Positions 34,199 through 39,927 of a stretch of 39,927 nucleotides of DNA are shown here, in pieces. Under the pieces are notes generated by a model. That model was not told the DNA's origin, did not search any database, and was given only the letters and a program-made list of their open reading frames with translations. The stretch's first letter is position 1; the number at the start of each line of letters is the position of its first letter. The position numbers were made by a program, and so were the translations under genes. The DNA lies in contig JAUHXC010000011.1 in assembly GCA_030427205.1 (NCBI GenBank), positions 236,016-275,942 on the forward strand, written 5' to 3'. The stretch is from a bacterium. Lineage in GTDB: Bacteria > Myxococcota_A > Bradymonadia > UBA7976 > UBA1532.

Positions 34199-35257
34199 TT
34201 ACAGCCGCTCGGGCTCGATGTCGGCCGGGTCGCAGTCGGCGGGCCCCGTCAGCGGGTTGCAGGTGATCGGCTGGTCCGCAACGGGCCAGAGCCGCTGCGG
34301 AAAACGGGTACCGACCATGTGCGCGCCCGCCTCGAGGAACTCGTTGGCCGTCATCGGATCATCCGTGATCGCGTGGACGAGGTAGCCCGACCGGGCCAAC
34401 GCGGTCATCTCGGGCACCGCCGCTTGGTCGGTCTCGAAGCCGAACCGCTCATCGGGCTCGAACGTGAAGATGACCTCGTCAGCGGTCGCGGGATCATCTG
34501 CGGCGTCGGGATCACCAATGACGAACAGCAACCGCTCGGCGGGATCGAGGCCACCTTCCAACAGGTACTGGACACGGGGCACCCCACGATCGTTGAGCAC
34601 GAAGAGGAACTTCTCGCGGGTCGCCTCGACCGTCGGCCAACCGACGCACTGGACGGCGGCCCGAAGCGACGGGAAGTCGCCCCGGACATCGGCCGGGGTG
34701 AGGATTCGATCACGCCCGACGCCGGCGATGATCTCGCGCTCGATATCGTCGAGCTGCACTTGGAGCGCGGGCAGCCGACCTTCGATGATGTGGGTCTCCC
34801 CAACGAGCACGATCACCAGTGGATGATCCGGCGTCGCTACGCTCCAGTCGCGGAGCTGCCACAAGCACCCACGAAAACCGCCGCAGTGGCTCTCGTCGTC
34901 GCCCGGGTGCTCTGTGGTCTGCGGGCTCAGGTCGATGAAGCTCGCACGGTCAGCGGCGAGGTCGAAGTCGAACTGCCGTATACCCTGCAGCGCGGCCTGC
35001 TCATCGAGGGGCAGGTGGCGATAGGCGATCTCTGGCCGCTCATCGTCGCGGAAGTCGTGGTAGCTGTTGACGGTCCCGCGCATCTGGAGGTGGTTGAGCC
35101 GCAGCCCATCGTCGCGGCATTCGGGCAGGTTTGCGTCCGAGATCGGCCCCGGCCCCCCATCGTGGAGCGGGTCGCCGTCCATCATCATGTCGGTCATCTC
35201 GGGGACGCAGCCGGACACGACGAAGCTGACCATGATCATCATCGCGCGCCACAGCAT
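34199..35257 (-). CDS. Lipoprotein, paralog of 27778..28854 (tentative PLC-like phosphodiesterase fold).
   Basis: AGGAGG RBS. Lipobox VSGC. Collinear with 27778..28854 (QMRGTVNSYHDF, IRQFDFDL, LVHAITDDP, VGTRFP). Confidence 0.6.
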   Translation of the reverse strand: MLWRAMMIMVSFVVSGCVPEMTDMMMDGDPLHDGGPGPISDANLPECRDDGLRLNHLQMRGTVNSYHDFRDDERPEIAYRHLPLDEQAALQGIRQFDFDLAADRASFIDLSPQTTEHPGDDESHCGGFRGCLWQLRDWSVATPDHPLVIVLVGETHIIEGRLPALQVQLDDIEREIIAGVGRDRILTPADVRGDFPSLRAAVQCVGWPTVEATREKFLFVLNDRGVPRVQYLLEGGLDPAERLLFVIGDPDAADDPATADEVIFTFEPDERFGFETDQAAVPEMTALARSGYLVHAITDDPMTANEFLEAGAHMVGTRFPQRLWPVADQPITCNPLTGPADCDPADIEPERL

Positions 35258-35439
35258 CGACCGGCCTCCTGGTTGCGCGTCAGGCTAGGCCAGTTTAGAG
35301 GATGGGGCCAAGAGCGGTTGACGGGAGCCGGTATCGTCTGACGTTGGCACATACGAGTTGGGCTGGTGGGCCGACGGGGTCAACCTCGGTTGGCTCGGAT
35401 GGGCCGAAGAGGACCGGGAATGTTGCTCCTCCCGGGTGC

Positions 35440-36348
35440 TCAGTCCATCTGACAGCCCGCAGTCAACGCCCCGCTGCTCTTGTGTCGATACTCGAACGTG
35501 ACGTGGTTCACCCCATAGCGCGCCTTCAGCGCGTCGCGGAGGCTGTCACCGATCCGGGTCGCGGTCGCGAGTTCCTCGACGTCGAGGGTAAGGACTGCCG
35601 TGAGCACCGGCTGTCCGTCATCGAGCGCCCAGACGTGGAAGTCTCCCACAGACTCCACTTGTTCATGATCCAAGAGCATGCTCCTCGCGGCAGATACGTC
35701 CAGGTCCGCGGGCGCCCGTTGCAGCAGAATTCGGACGGTGTCGCGCAACAGCGGCCAACTGCCCACCATGATGAGGAGCGCGATCACCAGACTGGCTACC
35801 GGATCTGCCAACGGCGCCCCGAACCAGCCGACAGCGATCGCCGACACGATGGCCGCAACGGACCCGAGCGCGTCCGATAGCAGGTGAAGCATGGCCCCAC
35901 GGGTATTGACGGATTGATCGCGGCTGCGAGCCAGATACCACGCGCTGCCGAGATTCACGGCCAAGCCGGCGATGCCGGTCCAGAGAACCGCCGTTGATTC
36001 GAGGTCGGGCGGGTCCTCGAAGCGGTCCACGGCCTCCAGGCCGATCAGCACGACAATTACGATCAAGCTGATGCCGTTGGCGAGACCACCGAGAACCGGC
36101 GCTCGTCGCAGGCCGAAAGTATAGGTATCGGATGGACGCCGCGAAGCGAGCTTGATCGCGATCAGGGCGACGATGAGCGCGCCGACATCGGACACCATGT
36201 GCCCGGCGTCCGAGAGCAGTGCGAGAGAGTTCGTGTAGAAGCCGACTGCAGCTTCCAGAATGAGGAAGCCCGCATTGAGTACGATAGCCACCCACAGTGC
36301 TCGCGCCGGCGTGGGACCATGATCGTGACTGGCATGGTCGTGGCTCAT
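35440..36348 (-). CDS. czcD: Cation diffusion facilitator family metal efflux transporter (CzcD-like).
   Basis: His-rich N-terminus MSHDHASHDHG. Six TM segments with the SDAGHM / HLLSDALGS signature. C-terminal cytoplasmic domain. 4-nt overlap with the upstream gene. Confidence 0.85.
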   Translation of the reverse strand: MSHDHASHDHGPTPARALWVAIVLNAGFLILEAAVGFYTNSLALLSDAGHMVSDVGALIVALIAIKLASRRPSDTYTFGLRRAPVLGGLANGISLIVIVVLIGLEAVDRFEDPPDLESTAVLWTGIAGLAVNLGSAWYLARSRDQSVNTRGAMLHLLSDALGSVAAIVSAIAVGWFGAPLADPVASLVIALLIMVGSWPLLRDTVRILLQRAPADLDVSAARSMLLDHEQVESVGDFHVWALDDGQPVLTAVLTLDVEELATATRIGDSLRDALKARYGVNHVTFEYRHKSSGALTAGCQMD

Positions 36349-36988
36349 CGTATTTCTCGGAGCGCGTCGCTGTCGGTCGTGGGCCGAGCGACGACATAGC
36401 CGAGCGGGAACAGGCCGGACATCTTTTCAGCGTGCGTCACCTCGAATCCGGCACCCGTGATCGCCTGCTCCAGCGCAGCGAGACCGAAACGGGTATGAGC
36501 GACGAATGGCGAGATGAGGCTGAGCGACCGGGAGAGCGTGCGCCGGAAGCCATCGACGCCATGCAGGAACGTCGGCGCCACCAGCACGCCATCGTCGCGC
36601 AGCACGCGGCGGAACTCGGCGAGTGCACGGGTCGGCTCGTCCATGACGTGCAGGGCGTTGGCGCAGAAGACAGCGTCGAAGCTGGCATCCGGCGCATCGA
36701 GGGCGTAGGCGCTCATCACCGCACACTCCACCTTCCCGAGACCCGCTTCTGTGATGCGTTGCCGGAGCCGTTCGACCATCGCGGGTGAGATGTCCGTCGC
36801 GACGAGATGATCAGCTACCCGCGCGAGTTCGATCGTGAACTGCCCGGTGCCGGCTGCGATCTCCAGTACCCGGCCGCCGGCCGGGATGTCGGTCGCGAGG
36901 CGCTCACGCACGCGCCCGTAGCTCGTGTCGAAGAGCCGCACGATGGTGTCGTAGCGGCCCGCGAGTCGATCCCATATCCGTGCCTCGG

Positions 36989-36992
<4 letters not shown>
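36345..36992 (-). CDS. Class I SAM-dependent methyltransferase (Methyltransf_11/25-like).
   Basis: Motif I VLEIAAGTGQFT. Acidic loop VATDISPAM. Motif FDAVFCANALHVMDEP. Overlaps both neighbours by 4 nt (ATGA). Confidence 0.8.

Positions 36993-39927
<2,935 letters not shown>

Overview
High-GC window (about 70% GC, myxobacteria-like codon usage, many lipoproteins and Gly/Ala/Arg-rich proteins) that splits into two parts. Left part, roughly 1.85-27.4 kb: an apparent integrated genetic element. It opens with a tRNA 3'-end-like fragment (T-arm, acceptor 3' strand and CCA) plus a strong hairpin terminator, convergent with a tyrosine integrase gene. Next come an excisionase-HTH-containing gene, an XRE-family regulator and a sigma-70 region-4-like two-gene module; a paralogous copy of that module sits at the left edge of the window. 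Then a roughly 21 kb co-directional minus-strand gene train with many 1-4 nt start/stop overlaps, dominated by one 12.8 kb gene for a giant (about 4269 aa) multidomain protein. That protein carries an N6-adenine DNA methyltransferase domain (NPPYG) and an SNF2-family helicase domain (GxGKT, DEAQ, SATP, QRNGR). Around it lie small membrane, secreted, coiled-coil and transglutaminase-like proteins of unknown function. Two families of conserved DNA motifs stand out. One is a 38-bp near-perfect palindrome occurring four times IN FRAME inside coding sequence (three times in the giant gene, once in the excisionase-like gene), kept with rare codons. The other is a 28-bp motif placed 20-45 bp upstream of three minus-strand start codons. 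Right part, 27.8-39.9 kb, looks like ordinary chromosome. It holds two paralogous lipoproteins framing the region, an FGE-sulfatase-domain lipoprotein and a standalone copy of its C-terminal domain, a clan-CD peptidase-like secreted protein, and a czcD - SAM-methyltransferase - czcA (HME-RND, truncated at the window end) heavy-metal efflux operon. No rRNA, no CRISPR and no complete tRNA were found.
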